DNA of 64,000 nucleotides from Candidatus Latescibacterota bacterium (GTDB taxonomy: Bacteria; Latescibacterota; UBA2968; GCA-2709665). The position numbers and the translations under genes are program-made. Position 1 is the first letter of the stretch. The number at the start of each line of letters is the position of its first letter. The notes beneath the pieces were generated by a model that was not told the origin of the DNA, searched no databases, and was given only the letters and a program-made list of their open reading frames with translations. The DNA lies in assembly GCA_965203805.1 (NCBI GenBank), contig OZ241917.1, positions 5,152,001 through 5,216,000 on the forward strand. The letters are read 5' to 3'. Below are positions 29,884 through 40,075 of the stretch, one piece after another.

Positions 29884-30342
29884 TTACCCATTCGCCCGGC
29901 TGTCCTTGACCTCAATCCCCTTCGCCTCCGCGAATGCGTTCGCCGCGGCAATGATTTCGGGTTTGATCATCCGGTTGTCGTTATAGCTCATCGCAGTGAA
30001 GTCGATCTTTACTGACTTGCCGCTATCGAGCCGGAACTCGAGCTTCATCAGTTGGATGTGAATCTCGGAGATTGACGACCAGGGGATTCTTCGGCGTATG
30101 AACAACCCTTTGTCAATCTCCAGATTCCCATCTCTGAATGCGATGATGTATTTGTTAATTCGGTGCAGGAGACCCATAAAGGGCAGGGTAATCAGCCCGA
30201 ACGCCAACTCGAGGGTTCCCAGGAACGGGTTGTCCTTTATGGTCAGAACACCAAGAATAATCAACAACACGCCATACGTGATCCAAAGCGATCGAAATAA
30301 ACTGGTTACTGGTACAGAAAGATCAAAAGTCCGCTCTTCCAT
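29884..30342 (-). CDS. Small membrane protein (2 TM helices plus PH-like domain), paralog of 32453..32905
   Basis: Start MEERTFDLSVPV after GAGGAGG; IPWSSISEI motif shared with the paralog. Confidence 0.65.
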   Translation of the reverse strand: MEERTFDLSVPVTSLFRSLWITYGVLLIILGVLTIKDNPFLGTLELAFGLITLPFMGLLHRINKYIIAFRDGNLEIDKGLFIRRRIPWSSISEIHIQLMKLEFRLDSGKSVKIDFTAMSYNDNRMIKPEIIAAANAFAEAKGIEVKDSRANG

Positions 30343-30757
30343 CGCGGTACCCTCCTCATTAATCGCCCGGTGAGTAATCGCGGCTCGCCTGACGGAAAAG
30401 TACTTTGGCGATGCCATGACACTTCAAGACATTGTTTGGATCAAGCTGATGCGCATTGGATGCAGGCTACGGGTTAATATACGACTACGGCTGAAAAAGT
30501 GAGAACCAAAGATAAACTGGCCGCGGTTTCAGATAGTCCGTGCAGCACGAGTTGTCTTTCTCGATCGACCCATCATGCCTATATTGACTGAGCGACGCAA
30601 CGTACCGAAACAATGGTCGATCGGCAGGGACGCTCGGACCCGGGCAGTGGCGCATCCGTAGCAGAATCTGTTAGATATCGGTTCTACATACTCAATGCAT
30701 TTACCCGGACCATGTTCGGGGAAATCAGCTGGCGGTTTTGCGGAGAGTAACGAGGCG

Positions 30758-31525
30758 ATGCGGATCCTGATTGTCGATGGCTGGACCCTTGAAGGGAACC
30801 GGACGCACGCGCTTGCGGGGGTCGAGGAGCAGACGCGGGTGTTCGAGTCGCTCGTTCGAGAATTCCAGCCTGAAGCAGACATCCGGATCGTCCATACGTA
30901 CGGCGACGCCGGACAGGAAGATCCGGAGCTCAGCCAATGCGATGCCGCGGTCTGGACGGGCGGGGGCGGAAATATCTACGAGAATAACGCATTCAACCGG
31001 CGCCAACTCAGGCTGGGCGAACGCGTCCTTGAGGAGGTACCGCACGTATGGGGCAGTTGCTGGGGGTTTCAGGTCATCACGACCGTCTGCGGCGGGGAGG
31101 TGGCGCCCGCCCGCGCGCCGGAAATCGGCATCGCAACCGGCATCACGGTTCGACCGCTGGATTTCGCGGAAACCATGTATCGCGAAAAGCCGCACACATT
31201 CGACGCGCCTGCCCATCACTTCGACGAGACCGCGCGACTGCCCGCCGGGTTTGACATCGTCGCCGAAAATGCGACGACGCTTCAGGCCGTCGTATCGAAT
31301 GACCGGCGCATCACCTGCACGCAATACCATCCAGAACTGCCCTACGACTACATCGGAAGGCTGATGATGCACTGGGCGCCGAATTACAGGTCGATGTTCA
31401 CGGAGGAGGCGTTTCAGAATCTGCTGGCGAGGCTGAAGGAAAAAGAAAAGGAAGAAAGAGACCTGAGGAAGGTCGAATTCAGGAACTGGCTGGAATTCGT
31501 TGGGAAGGAGACAGGGCCTTATTGA
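30758..31525 (+). CDS. Type 1 glutamine amidotransferase-like protein
   Basis: WTGGG, GSCWGFQ nucleophile elbow, QYHPE; start MRILIVDG 30758. Confidence 0.8.
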   Translation: MRILIVDGWTLEGNRTHALAGVEEQTRVFESLVREFQPEADIRIVHTYGDAGQEDPELSQCDAAVWTGGGGNIYENNAFNRRQLRLGERVLEEVPHVWGSCWGFQVITTVCGGEVAPARAPEIGIATGITVRPLDFAETMYREKPHTFDAPAHHFDETARLPAGFDIVAENATTLQAVVSNDRRITCTQYHPELPYDYIGRLMMHWAPNYRSMFTEEAFQNLLARLKEKEKEERDLRKVEFRNWLEFVGKETGPY

Positions 31526-31551
31526 TTCAGAAACAGGTGATCCACCCCACC

Positions 31552-32320
31552 GTCATTCTGAGCGCAGCGAAGAATCTCCCGTCTGTTCGGCTGTCTTTGG
31601 TGCCAAATGCGCGCCGATCACATTTGCGCGGACACATCGCCGGCGTGGCGCGATGCAGGCAGACAGGAATGTCTGCCCCACCCTCACTTCGACGACCGCT
31701 ATTGCAAAGCCTGTCATTCTGAGCGCAGTCGAAGAATCTCCCGTCTTCCCGGCTCGACGCGCAACGGAAGCCTTCACCAACCCATATGCGCGGAGGCCTG
31801 GTTTACCAGCGGCTTCCTCAGGATGACAGTCGAATGAACGTGTGACGGAACCATTTCGCCGCTCAATGACGTTCATTGAACATTTCCATACGTGGTCATT
31901 GCCTACGTTGAGCCTGTCGAAACGGCTTGTCGAAATGCCCGTTTTCAGGCAGCCCGTAAGCCACTCACGCTCCCTTCGCCGGCCCTTCGACCCTTCGACA
32001 AGCTCAGGGCGCCGCATGCTCAGGGATCGGCTCAGGGGTCGCAAGCTCCAGGCACCGCCAGTGACCGACGCCTGGGTATCAACCGACGCCGCAGTAGATC
32101 CTTCGTCAGCCGGCCTTCCGATGAATCGCTGGCAGGCCGGACGCTTCCTCAGGATGACCTGTTGGGCGAGGGCGTAACGGATGCCTTTCGTGGATGAGGA
32201 TCGACACACATGTCATTAACTGAAGGACGTCGAAAATCCCTGTTAACAACGTGGTCATTGAGCTTGTCGAAATGCCCGTATATCGGAAACCCCTCGACAG
32301 CCCTTCGTTAAGTTCAAGGC
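31552..32320. repeat. Cluster of REP-like palindromic repeats
   Basis: GTCATTCTGAGCGCAG(T)CGAAGAATCTCCC twice (about 31552 and 31713); CTTCCTCAGGATGAC twice; GCAGACAGGAATGTCTGC; TTGAGC(C/T)TGTCGAAA with CCCTTCGACAAGCTCAGG. Confidence 0.65.
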
Positions 32321-32452
32321 GTTGACCAGAACGCTAACGGCAGTCCGCGAATGCTGCCTTCTGAGTTGGGACGGGCGTGCTACTTGACGGGCATCGGCGA
32401 ACGACAGAAGGGGACAACATCCGATGACACCTGGGTATGCGGCGCGGTGTCA

Positions 32453-32905
32453 TCAGCTTCGACTGTCTCTGACTGGAATCCCCTTCGCCGCCGCGAACTC
32501 ATTCAGCGTCTCGATGATTTGCGGTTTGACGATCTGGTTGTCAACATAGCTCAAATTGAACCTCCATTTCACGCGCTTTCCCTCCTTGAGCCCGATTTCC
32601 ACTTTCATCAATTGTACTTGAACTTCAGAGATCGTCTCCCAAGGAATCGTGCGCTTCCTGTACAAACTCCCGTCAATTTCCAGGTGCGCGTCGTGAAACG
32701 TAACGACATATCGGTGTACACGCTCCGTCAATGCAACAAATAGCAGGAAGATCAAACCGAAGGCAAATTGCACACCGCCGAAAACACCATCGCCCCTCAG
32801 TGTGCTGAAGTAACCGCCAGCGATCTCGATAACGCCAAAAATGGTCCAAGTCACGATCATTAAACGGGATACAGGGACCGAGAGATCGAAAGTTCGTGTA
32901 TCCAT
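32453..32905 (-). CDS. Small membrane protein (2 TM helices plus PH-like domain), paralog of 29884..30342
   Basis: MDTRTFDLSVPV, IPWETISEVQVQLMK, FAAAKGIPVRDSR. Confidence 0.65.
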   Translation of the reverse strand: MDTRTFDLSVPVSRLMIVTWTIFGVIEIAGGYFSTLRGDGVFGGVQFAFGLIFLLFVALTERVHRYVVTFHDAHLEIDGSLYRKRTIPWETISEVQVQLMKVEIGLKEGKRVKWRFNLSYVDNQIVKPQIIETLNEFAAAKGIPVRDSRS

Positions 32906-33008
32906 GGGTATATTGTCTTACTCTGCGATGGGTAATTTGACTCAGGAACGTGCCGGCTTGGAATGAGTCTTATTTTTAAAAAATCCAACACACACATCCG
33001 CAAGAATG

Positions 33009-34835
33009 TCAGGCCCAGATGATCTTCACAATTTCGAATAATAGGCGATGTCTAATCTCGAGCTCCTCGGATCCGAACCGATCCATCGGCTTTAACTCAA
33101 GATCGTACCTGTCCCGAAAGGCATAAAAGTCGAGATTGGATTTATATGTATCGGGCAGCAAAGTCTCGTTCCAATAAAGAGTGTTAGCGTACGTCTTGAG
33201 TTTATCTTGGAAGGACTCGTTGCCACTTGAAATATTGTCCTTGCCCTTCAATAGGAGAATACCCCCGAGTCGGTTTCGTTCCTGTTCAAAAAGCTCCTCA
33301 TTCTGTTCGAAAAGTGCGAGATTTGCGTCATTACGGGACAAGATATGTTCTACATGGAATCCAGTCTTGGCACCTGTCCGCGTTACAAGATCCCTAATGG
33401 CGTGTCTTGGACAGAGATTCATGTTTTTTGCAAGGAACTCTTCAATTCTCCCGAAGAAGTACCGAATGAAGCGGGAGTTTAGGTTTGCGCTGGTCTGCTT
33501 AAAGGCCAAATAACTGAGAGGAATAGGGTCTGGAAGGTTCCGGCTCTTGGCGATTGCTTCGCGAAGTTGCGAATCGAAGATTTCCCGATAACATTCTGGG
33601 GCTCTTTCGCGTATATCCGCCGATATCAAATATAGGGAATCGTTGAAGCTGTTGCTGTCGTAGGAATTTTGAAGCTGCAGCAGCGTATAGTAACGGTCAA
33701 TCTCCCGTGCGATGGTCCTAATCTTCGCATCTTCATCCGAGTCGCGAAGTCGGCACGCGGAGAGAATCAGAAAAAACGGCGCGTCTAAGTCGAGTAATTT
33801 GCTGTAATACACGCATTCGAGCCCATCAGTTCTGGTTTCAGACGCATCAAGGAGCTTCTTGTATAAACTTCCATAATACGAAAGGCTATCCCTGAGGAAT
33901 GTCTTGACGCCTGACGGGTCGTGGTCCAATTGGAGCCTCTGGTTTACATCCTCCGCAAACATAGTTCTGTGGTACTCACCGTCAAATCGTTGTCCTTCAC
34001 TACGGGTCTCGGCGAACTTGGCCTTCAAGAAGAACCTGAAGAATTCATCGAATTCATCCTCATTATGTGCGTTTATTGACGCAGCCTGTTTCTCCCAGAG
34101 TTCCAGGTATCCTTCTTGATCCAGTTCGTCTTTATCGATCTGTCCGAGAAGCTTTCCTTTAAGTATCTCATAGGGTCGAAGGCGAATTCCACGGTCGTTT
34201 ATAACCTCGAAGACCATTGGAACATCAGTTTGCTCAACCCCTAAGTTGACCATTACCACACGATGAAGCAGGAAAAAAACAAACGTCTCAAATCTGTGTT
34301 GGTTTTGCAATTCACCATCTAGATATTCGCTGATCGTTACATAATTCTGCTTCATATTTATCGCCGTGACGTGAGTTTCCTCGGTAACGTCAGAATCACC
34401 TTTGAACAGAGCATTTTGTGTTGCTTTGTGGTCGACATGGTTCATCCAGAACACTTTGTCTCGGCCGGACTGACCGGCAATCTTCAATTCAATCCATCCT
34501 CGCAATTCCGAATTGTGCGCCTTGGCCATTTGAAACAGCTTCATCAGCATAAGGGATAGCGTTGTCAAACGCTGTTGGCCGTCCACCACGAAGACTCGTC
34601 CATCTACGGTGTTGGTTACGTACGTGTTTAAATAATACCACGGGTATTTCGACACACTCTTGGCGTTCGCGTCAAGATGGGAGTTGTAGTGCTCATTGAA
34701 CTTGTAAAACAAATCATCGAGAAGACGGAAAACGGGTTCATCCGTCCATCGATAGTGGCGCTGATAAAAATCAACGAAATATTGCGTCTTCGAAAAGACG
34801 CTATCTATATTTTGCTTTTCAGGTGCGATTTCCAT
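33009..34835 (-). CDS. DUF262 + DUF1524 (HNH) protein, GmrSD-like modification-dependent restriction enzyme
   Basis: YQRHYRW, VVDGQQRLTT, FEVINDRG (DUF262); VEHIL...RLGGILLL...N (HNH-type); start MEIAPEKQ 34835. Confidence 0.85.
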   Translation of the reverse strand: MEIAPEKQNIDSVFSKTQYFVDFYQRHYRWTDEPVFRLLDDLFYKFNEHYNSHLDANAKSVSKYPWYYLNTYVTNTVDGRVFVVDGQQRLTTLSLMLMKLFQMAKAHNSELRGWIELKIAGQSGRDKVFWMNHVDHKATQNALFKGDSDVTEETHVTAINMKQNYVTISEYLDGELQNQHRFETFVFFLLHRVVMVNLGVEQTDVPMVFEVINDRGIRLRPYEILKGKLLGQIDKDELDQEGYLELWEKQAASINAHNEDEFDEFFRFFLKAKFAETRSEGQRFDGEYHRTMFAEDVNQRLQLDHDPSGVKTFLRDSLSYYGSLYKKLLDASETRTDGLECVYYSKLLDLDAPFFLILSACRLRDSDEDAKIRTIAREIDRYYTLLQLQNSYDSNSFNDSLYLISADIRERAPECYREIFDSQLREAIAKSRNLPDPIPLSYLAFKQTSANLNSRFIRYFFGRIEEFLAKNMNLCPRHAIRDLVTRTGAKTGFHVEHILSRNDANLALFEQNEELFEQERNRLGGILLLKGKDNISSGNESFQDKLKTYANTLYWNETLLPDTYKSNLDFYAFRDRYDLELKPMDRFGSEELEIRHRLLFEIVKIIWA

Positions 34836-35057
34836 GCGATTACCTCTTCCGCTGCTTGGAGTTGCGTAACACGTCAGGGCTGGGACTTTTCCTTGTTTGG
34901 ACCATCTCCAATAACGGCAGAAATTCGCGCACTGAGACTCTGGCGCAAATCCTGGGGATCTTTCCATACTATGTGATTATACTGGCGTGTGTCAAAATGA
35001 ACTTTGTCTAATACGTCAGTTCGGCACGAGAAAATGACTGGTATGCCTAGTACTTAC

Positions 35058-35086
35058 TTGACAAAAAAAGCGAAATAATATATCTT
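35058..35086 (+). promoter_or_regulatory. Putative sigma70 promoter of the IS630 transposase
   Basis: TTGACA-17 nt-TATCTT inside the left IS end. Confidence 0.5.
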
Positions 35087-35135
35087 GTGCTCATAGGGAA
35101 TCGATCTCAGTTCAACTGTGGAGAGGAGACCGCCT

Positions 35136-36203
35136 ATGAGCCGCCCCGCCGTGTTGATCACGTTGCGTGACGAGGAAAAAGAGACGCTGTTGAGTTGGAC
35201 ACGTTCAGGCAAGACGCAACACCGTTATGTGCTGCGCGCCCGGATTGTTCTTTCAGCGTCCCAGGGCGATGCGAACCGGGACATCGCCAGGGATCTGGGA
35301 ACGCGCGAGGCCACGGTGTGCAAGTGGCGCCGGCGCTTTCACGAGTCGGGTCTTTCCGGGTTGCAGGACAAGGCGAGATCGGGCAAGCCTGCCAAGTACG
35401 ACCAGTCAAGCGAAAAGCGCATTTTGGAGGCCTTGGACGATGCCCCGCCCAAGGGCTATGGAAACTGGACCGGTCCGTTGTTGGCCGACAAGCTGGGAAT
35501 TTCTGTCCACTATGTCTGGCAGGTCTTGCGCAACCACGGCATTTCGCTGGCCAGAAGGCGCAGCTGGTGTATCAGCACCGATCCGGAATTTGCCACCAAG
35601 GCCGCAGCCATCGTGGGGTTGTATCTGGAACCTCCCAAAAATGCGATTGTCTTGTGCGTCGACGAAAAGCCCGCGATTCAGGCGTTGGAAAGGGTACAGG
35701 GATGGCTCAAGCTGCCCAACGGCAAGGCCGTAACCGGCTTTAACCACGAATACAAGAGAAACGGCACCACCACGTTATTCGCTGCATTGAACGTCGCCAC
35801 CGGCCTCGTCAAGGCCGGGCATTACAAAAGGCGCAAACGACGCCAGTTTCTGAGCTTTATGAACGAACTTGTCGCCGAATACCCCGATCAGGAACTCCAC
35901 ATCATCCTCGACAACCTGAACACCCACAAGCCCAAGAATGACCGCTGGCTGCCACGCCATCCCAATGTCCACTTCTACTACACCCCCACCCACGCATCCT
36001 GGCTCAACCAGATCGAAATCTGGTTCAGCATCCTGTGGAGAAGCGCGCTCAAAGGCGGCTCCTTCACCTCGATTCGAGACTTACGCACCGCCATCAATCA
36101 CTTCATTGACGCCTACAACGAGAACGCACATCCCTTCGAGTGGAAATCCACAAAAGTCCGACCCAAAGCCCTTGAAGAAAAATACTCTAATTTAACCAAT
36201 TAA
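35136..36203 (+). CDS. IS630-family transposase
   Basis: HTH N-terminus (KWRRRF), CVDEKPAIQAL, ILDNLNTHK, SWLNQIEIWF. Confidence 0.95.
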   Translation: MSRPAVLITLRDEEKETLLSWTRSGKTQHRYVLRARIVLSASQGDANRDIARDLGTREATVCKWRRRFHESGLSGLQDKARSGKPAKYDQSSEKRILEALDDAPPKGYGNWTGPLLADKLGISVHYVWQVLRNHGISLARRRSWCISTDPEFATKAAAIVGLYLEPPKNAIVLCVDEKPAIQALERVQGWLKLPNGKAVTGFNHEYKRNGTTTLFAALNVATGLVKAGHYKRRKRRQFLSFMNELVAEYPDQELHIILDNLNTHKPKNDRWLPRHPNVHFYYTPTHASWLNQIEIWFSILWRSALKGGSFTSIRDLRTAINHFIDAYNENAHPFEWKSTKVRPKALEEKYSNLTN

Positions 36204-37149
36204 GTACTAGTCCATGAGCGAATCCCGCTTCGTAGTAGACGCCACCACGAGCGCCGTCGTCTCCTTGTGTGAAATCCGCGACAACAAACCTAGATCGCCT
36301 TATTTCGGCGATGATCTCATCATCTATTTTGTTGAGATGTTCTTTCTGATCTATGCGAACTGCCATGTAACCCGAATCTTCAATGCCGGTTCTAATGCCG
36401 TGTTCCCATGCGTCTTCCAAGGTCGGTTCGAACCACATCGCGACGAATCCTTGTGACGAATCTGTCGTGGACGTCATTTTGAGATCCGCAAGCCTAGCGT
36501 ATCCGTCAACGGTCAGTACGTACGAAGTTCTCGATATAGAGGACACGCCTTCTTCTATCCAACCCCGCACTTCCAAATAACGTAAAAGAAATTTCATCTC
36601 CTCGTCTTCGGTTGATTCCGACCATGCCAATGCCATCAATGTCGTCGCGTCGCTCGTTTGGAACGTCACATCACTACCTATTGTCGCGGTTCGATACCCG
36701 ATAAATTGGAGAAGCCGATCGCCACGGAGGTATACCGGTGAGTCCTCACGTTGCTCGGCCATTGTGAGCGTGGATTCATCTAATTCTGGACATTCCACTC
36801 CCAATCGCCGTTGATCAACCAACCAGGAAGTCAGACGTGCTCGTACGCGTTCGTCGGCACGTGCCATACACGAATTGGCCGTTCGTGCGATAAAATACCG
36901 GCCGCCCGCCCGCCGCGAATCCACGTATACTCCGTCGCGACCATTGGAGTAATTCTCTACAGCAGGAGTGCCCCATATCGGGCAGCGCGAATCTTGATCC
37001 ATACTCTACTCCGAGGGTTTAGATTTCTACCGTCTGCGTCGATTGTCGCGAACTACAACAAGCCCGTGTCCGTTTGTACAGCTAAGCCAATAATCCAACC
37101 GAAGCCCTTGAATTACTACGAGATCAAGAGTACAGTGTCTCATTGTGCA

Positions 37150-37290
37150 TAGCTATTTCACACCCCAAGAACACCTTTAGCCGCTCCCTGAGCGTTTCAA
37201 TTTTCTTCAATTCACATTACCAAATTATCAGGATCTCCCAACCGAGTTCGCGAAGATGTTCTCTCTTGGGGAAAATATCGCGTTTCAAAT
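37150..37290 (-). pseudogene. vsr: Remnant of very-short-patch repair endonuclease (Vsr C-terminus)
   Basis: REHLRELGWEILIIW-TAA-CELKKIETLRERLKVFL; matches Vsr LGWxVxxIWECE with Glu codon replaced by a stop; N-terminus not recognisable. Confidence 0.5.
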
Positions 37291-38910
37291 CGCGGATAAA
37301 CAGAAACCAATATAATTCATCGCGGCGACCAATACAAGATTCGCGCCTGCCATACGCCTGTTCGAGGATCGGCTTAAGGCATCGGTGGTAATGCTTGTGA
37401 TTTGCGCGAATTTTCGCATTGAGCTTTCGCCTTCGTGATTTGGATTCCCGCCGGTTTGGTCCTGACTGGGCAATGCAGCTGGACGTACCTGCCACATTGA
37501 GCGTCCAGTCTGAACTTCCTGACAGTGATCGAGAATCCACGCCGACTATTCGATAGTATTCTGCCTGGGGTCATTGAACCAACCAGGTCCAGTTTCTCTC
37601 AATGCAACCAGCATTGGGACTTACCGAGGTTTCAGGTTGCGCTTGTCGCAAATTGCGCCTATCCCTATAATACCGAATATGTGGCGTCTTGTCGCGTCAT
37701 TTGACTTTTTTCGTTGAATCGTCATCCGCGTGACACTCGACATAATGCGTAAACCGTTGCATTAGGTGAGGTAAGTGCCGCAATGAAAACCACAATTTAC
37801 AAGGCTTTACAAAAGTTCTCGGCGTCGGTTACGGCTAAGTCTACACCTACCACTCTGGGTGAGCCCGAAGAGCAACTTCGCCATCCCTTCGAGACCTTCA
37901 TGGAGGATGCCGCCCAAGCACTCGGATGGAAAGTAGTCTGCAAGGGCGAATCACCCTTGCCGGGTCGTATGGGTCGACCGGATTACGCCGTGTTAATAAA
38001 CCAGCTTCCCGCAGGATACGTCGAATTAAAAGCACCGGGCGTCGGTGCAGATAACGAGCATTTCACGGGTCACAATCTCGATCAATTTGAACGTTTCTCT
38101 GCCGTACCCAATATTCTTTACTCAGATGGCATCGAATGGGCGCTGTATCGTGACGGCAAACGGGTGAAAGACATCGTTCGACTAAAAGGCAACGTAGCTG
38201 CTGATGGCAAGAAGGCAGCAAAAATGCAGGATGCGCGCGCCGTGGAAAACCTGTTACGTGAATTCCTATTGTGGAAACCGAGCATACCTCTCGGGCGGAA
38301 CGACAGGATAGATTTGAAGGGATTCGCGACGCTCTTGGCACCTTTGTGTCGACTGTTGCGTGACGAGGTCAAGGACGCGCTGGATAATCCGTCTTCACCG
38401 TTGGTGAGAATTAGAGAAGACTGGCGGAAACTTCTCTTCCCTGATGCCTCGAACGAACAGTTCGCCGACGCTTACGCCCAGACGGTTACATTCGCTCTAT
38501 TGTTGGGTCGCAGCGAAGGGGCTGAGCCGCTCACCTGCCAGAGCGCACATGACTCCCTTACCGCTCAACACAGTCTACTGTCGAAGGCCCTGCTGATTCT
38601 TACGGATGCCGGTGTGTATTCCGAAATATTAGCTCCTGTCGAGTTACTTCGGCGTGTGATTGGTTCCGTACCACCGACCACGCTTACCGGGTCAGACGAT
38701 CCATGGCTTTATTTCTACGAAGACTTCCTGGAGGTATACGACCCCGATTTACGGAGAAACGTGGGTGCTTATTACACACCGGTCGAAGTGGTTCGCGCTC
38801 AGGTGCGACTGATTGACGAGCTACTTGTGCGGCGCCTTGGAAAACCGCTAGGATTCGCCAATTCGGGGGTTTTTACGCTCGATCCCGCCGTCGGAACAGG
38901 AACCTATCTC

Positions 38911-40075
38911 CTAGTGTTTCGTCCCAGGAGTAACTTGCAAAAATAGTTCACTTGCCATAGATTCCCTATAGCGAAAGGAGGAATCTATGGCCAGGGGACG
39001 TCCGTTAGCGCCACTGAGTATTGGGGATGAGGTTCGTGCGCAACTGGAAACCATTTCCCGTTCAAGAAGCATGTCGCACAGTCTTGTGTGCCGGGCGAAG
39101 ATCGTTCTGATGAGTGATCAAGGGCTGTCGAATCAGCAGATCGGACGACAGCTTGGTCTGTCGGGAGCCACAGTCGGGAAGTGGCGCCGTCGGTTTTTAG
39201 AACAAGGTCTGATGGGGCTTTATGATGAATTGCGCCCCGGGGGGCCCCGCTCGATCAGCGATGAGCGCATCGCCTCGCTGATTCATGCAACGCTCAAAGA
39301 CAAGCCGTCGGGAGCCACCCACTGGACCTGCCGCTCTCTGGCAGCCCAGACGCAACTGTCCAAGTCCACGGTTCAGCGCGTGTGGAAAGCGTTTGGTCTA
39401 CAGCCGCACCGGCAAAAACACTTCAAGCTGTCCAATGATCCGTTCTTTGTCGAGAAGGTACGTGACATTGTCGGACTGTATCTGAACCCTCCCGACAACG
39501 CGATGGTATTATGCGTTGACGAAAAGAGTCAGATCCAGGCATTGGAGCGAACGCAGCCGATATTGCCTTTGGGGTTGGGCTATGTGGAAGGGGTCACCCA
39601 CAATTATATCCGGCACGGCACCACGACCTTGTTCGCCGCGCTGGAGGTCGCTTCCGGCAAGGTGCTGGCCCAATGCAAACCCCGACATCGACACCAGGAA
39701 TTTTTACAATTCCTCAAATATATCGACCAAAACGTCCCGAAGGACCTTGACATTCATCTCGTCGTCGACAACTACGCCACGCACAAGCACGAAAAAATCA
39801 AACGCTGGATCGCAGCCAGGCCCCGATACCACGTTCACTATACACCGACCTATGCGTCCTGGCTCAACCAGGTCGAGATCTGGTTCGGCATCATTACCCA
39901 GAAAGCCATCCGACGCGGGACCTTCAAAAAGGTGAAAGACCTCATCGCCAACATTCAGGATTTCACCAACCATTATAACGCCAACTCACGACCGTTCGTC
40001 TGGACCGCCACCGCAGAATCGATCCTTGACAAGATCACCAGACTTTTTGAACTAATTCATGGGACAAGACACTAG
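38911..40075 (+). mobile_element. IS630-family insertion sequence (type B, copy 1)
   Basis: Ends CTAGTGTTTCGTCCCAGG and CATGGGACAAGACACTAG; CTAG target. Confidence 0.95.
38987..40075 (+). CDS. IS630-family transposase
   Basis: CVDEKSQIQAL, VVDNYATHK, SWLNQVEIWF; stop TAG lies in the terminal CTAG. Confidence 0.95.
   Translation: MARGRPLAPLSIGDEVRAQLETISRSRSMSHSLVCRAKIVLMSDQGLSNQQIGRQLGLSGATVGKWRRRFLEQGLMGLYDELRPGGPRSISDERIASLIHATLKDKPSGATHWTCRSLAAQTQLSKSTVQRVWKAFGLQPHRQKHFKLSNDPFFVEKVRDIVGLYLNPPDNAMVLCVDEKSQIQALERTQPILPLGLGYVEGVTHNYIRHGTTTLFAALEVASGKVLAQCKPRHRHQEFLQFLKYIDQNVPKDLDIHLVVDNYATHKHEKIKRWIAARPRYHVHYTPTYASWLNQVEIWFGIITQKAIRRGTFKKVKDLIANIQDFTNHYNANSRPFVWTATAESILDKITRLFELIHGTRH

Larger units (their letters stand above)
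35047..36210 (+). mobile_element. IS630-family insertion sequence (copy type A)
   Basis: Ends CTAGTACTTACTTG and CAATTAAGTACTAG (inverted, CTAG target); single transposase. Confidence 0.92.
34874..37002 (-). pseudogene. Nucleoside 2-deoxyribosyltransferase/TIR-like defence effector, interrupted by IS630
   Basis: FVAMWF, KIDDEIIAEIRRSRFVVADFT, GVYYEAGFAHGL; removing the IS restores the frame ...GL-GIPVIFSCRTDVLDKVHFDTRQYNHIVW...QP-stop at 34874. Confidence 0.8.

Noticed and set aside
31553-32209. 218-aa minus-strand ORF and overlapping short ORFs
   Set aside because: Translations are made of REP-derived peptides (RRPELVEG, DSSTALRMT, VGQTFLSA), so they are most likely non-coding repeats
33009-34835. 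SspE of a phosphorothioate (Ssp) system
   Set aside because: It shares the DUF262/DUF1524 architecture, but no sspBCD or dnd genes are in the window, so GmrSD-like is the safer call
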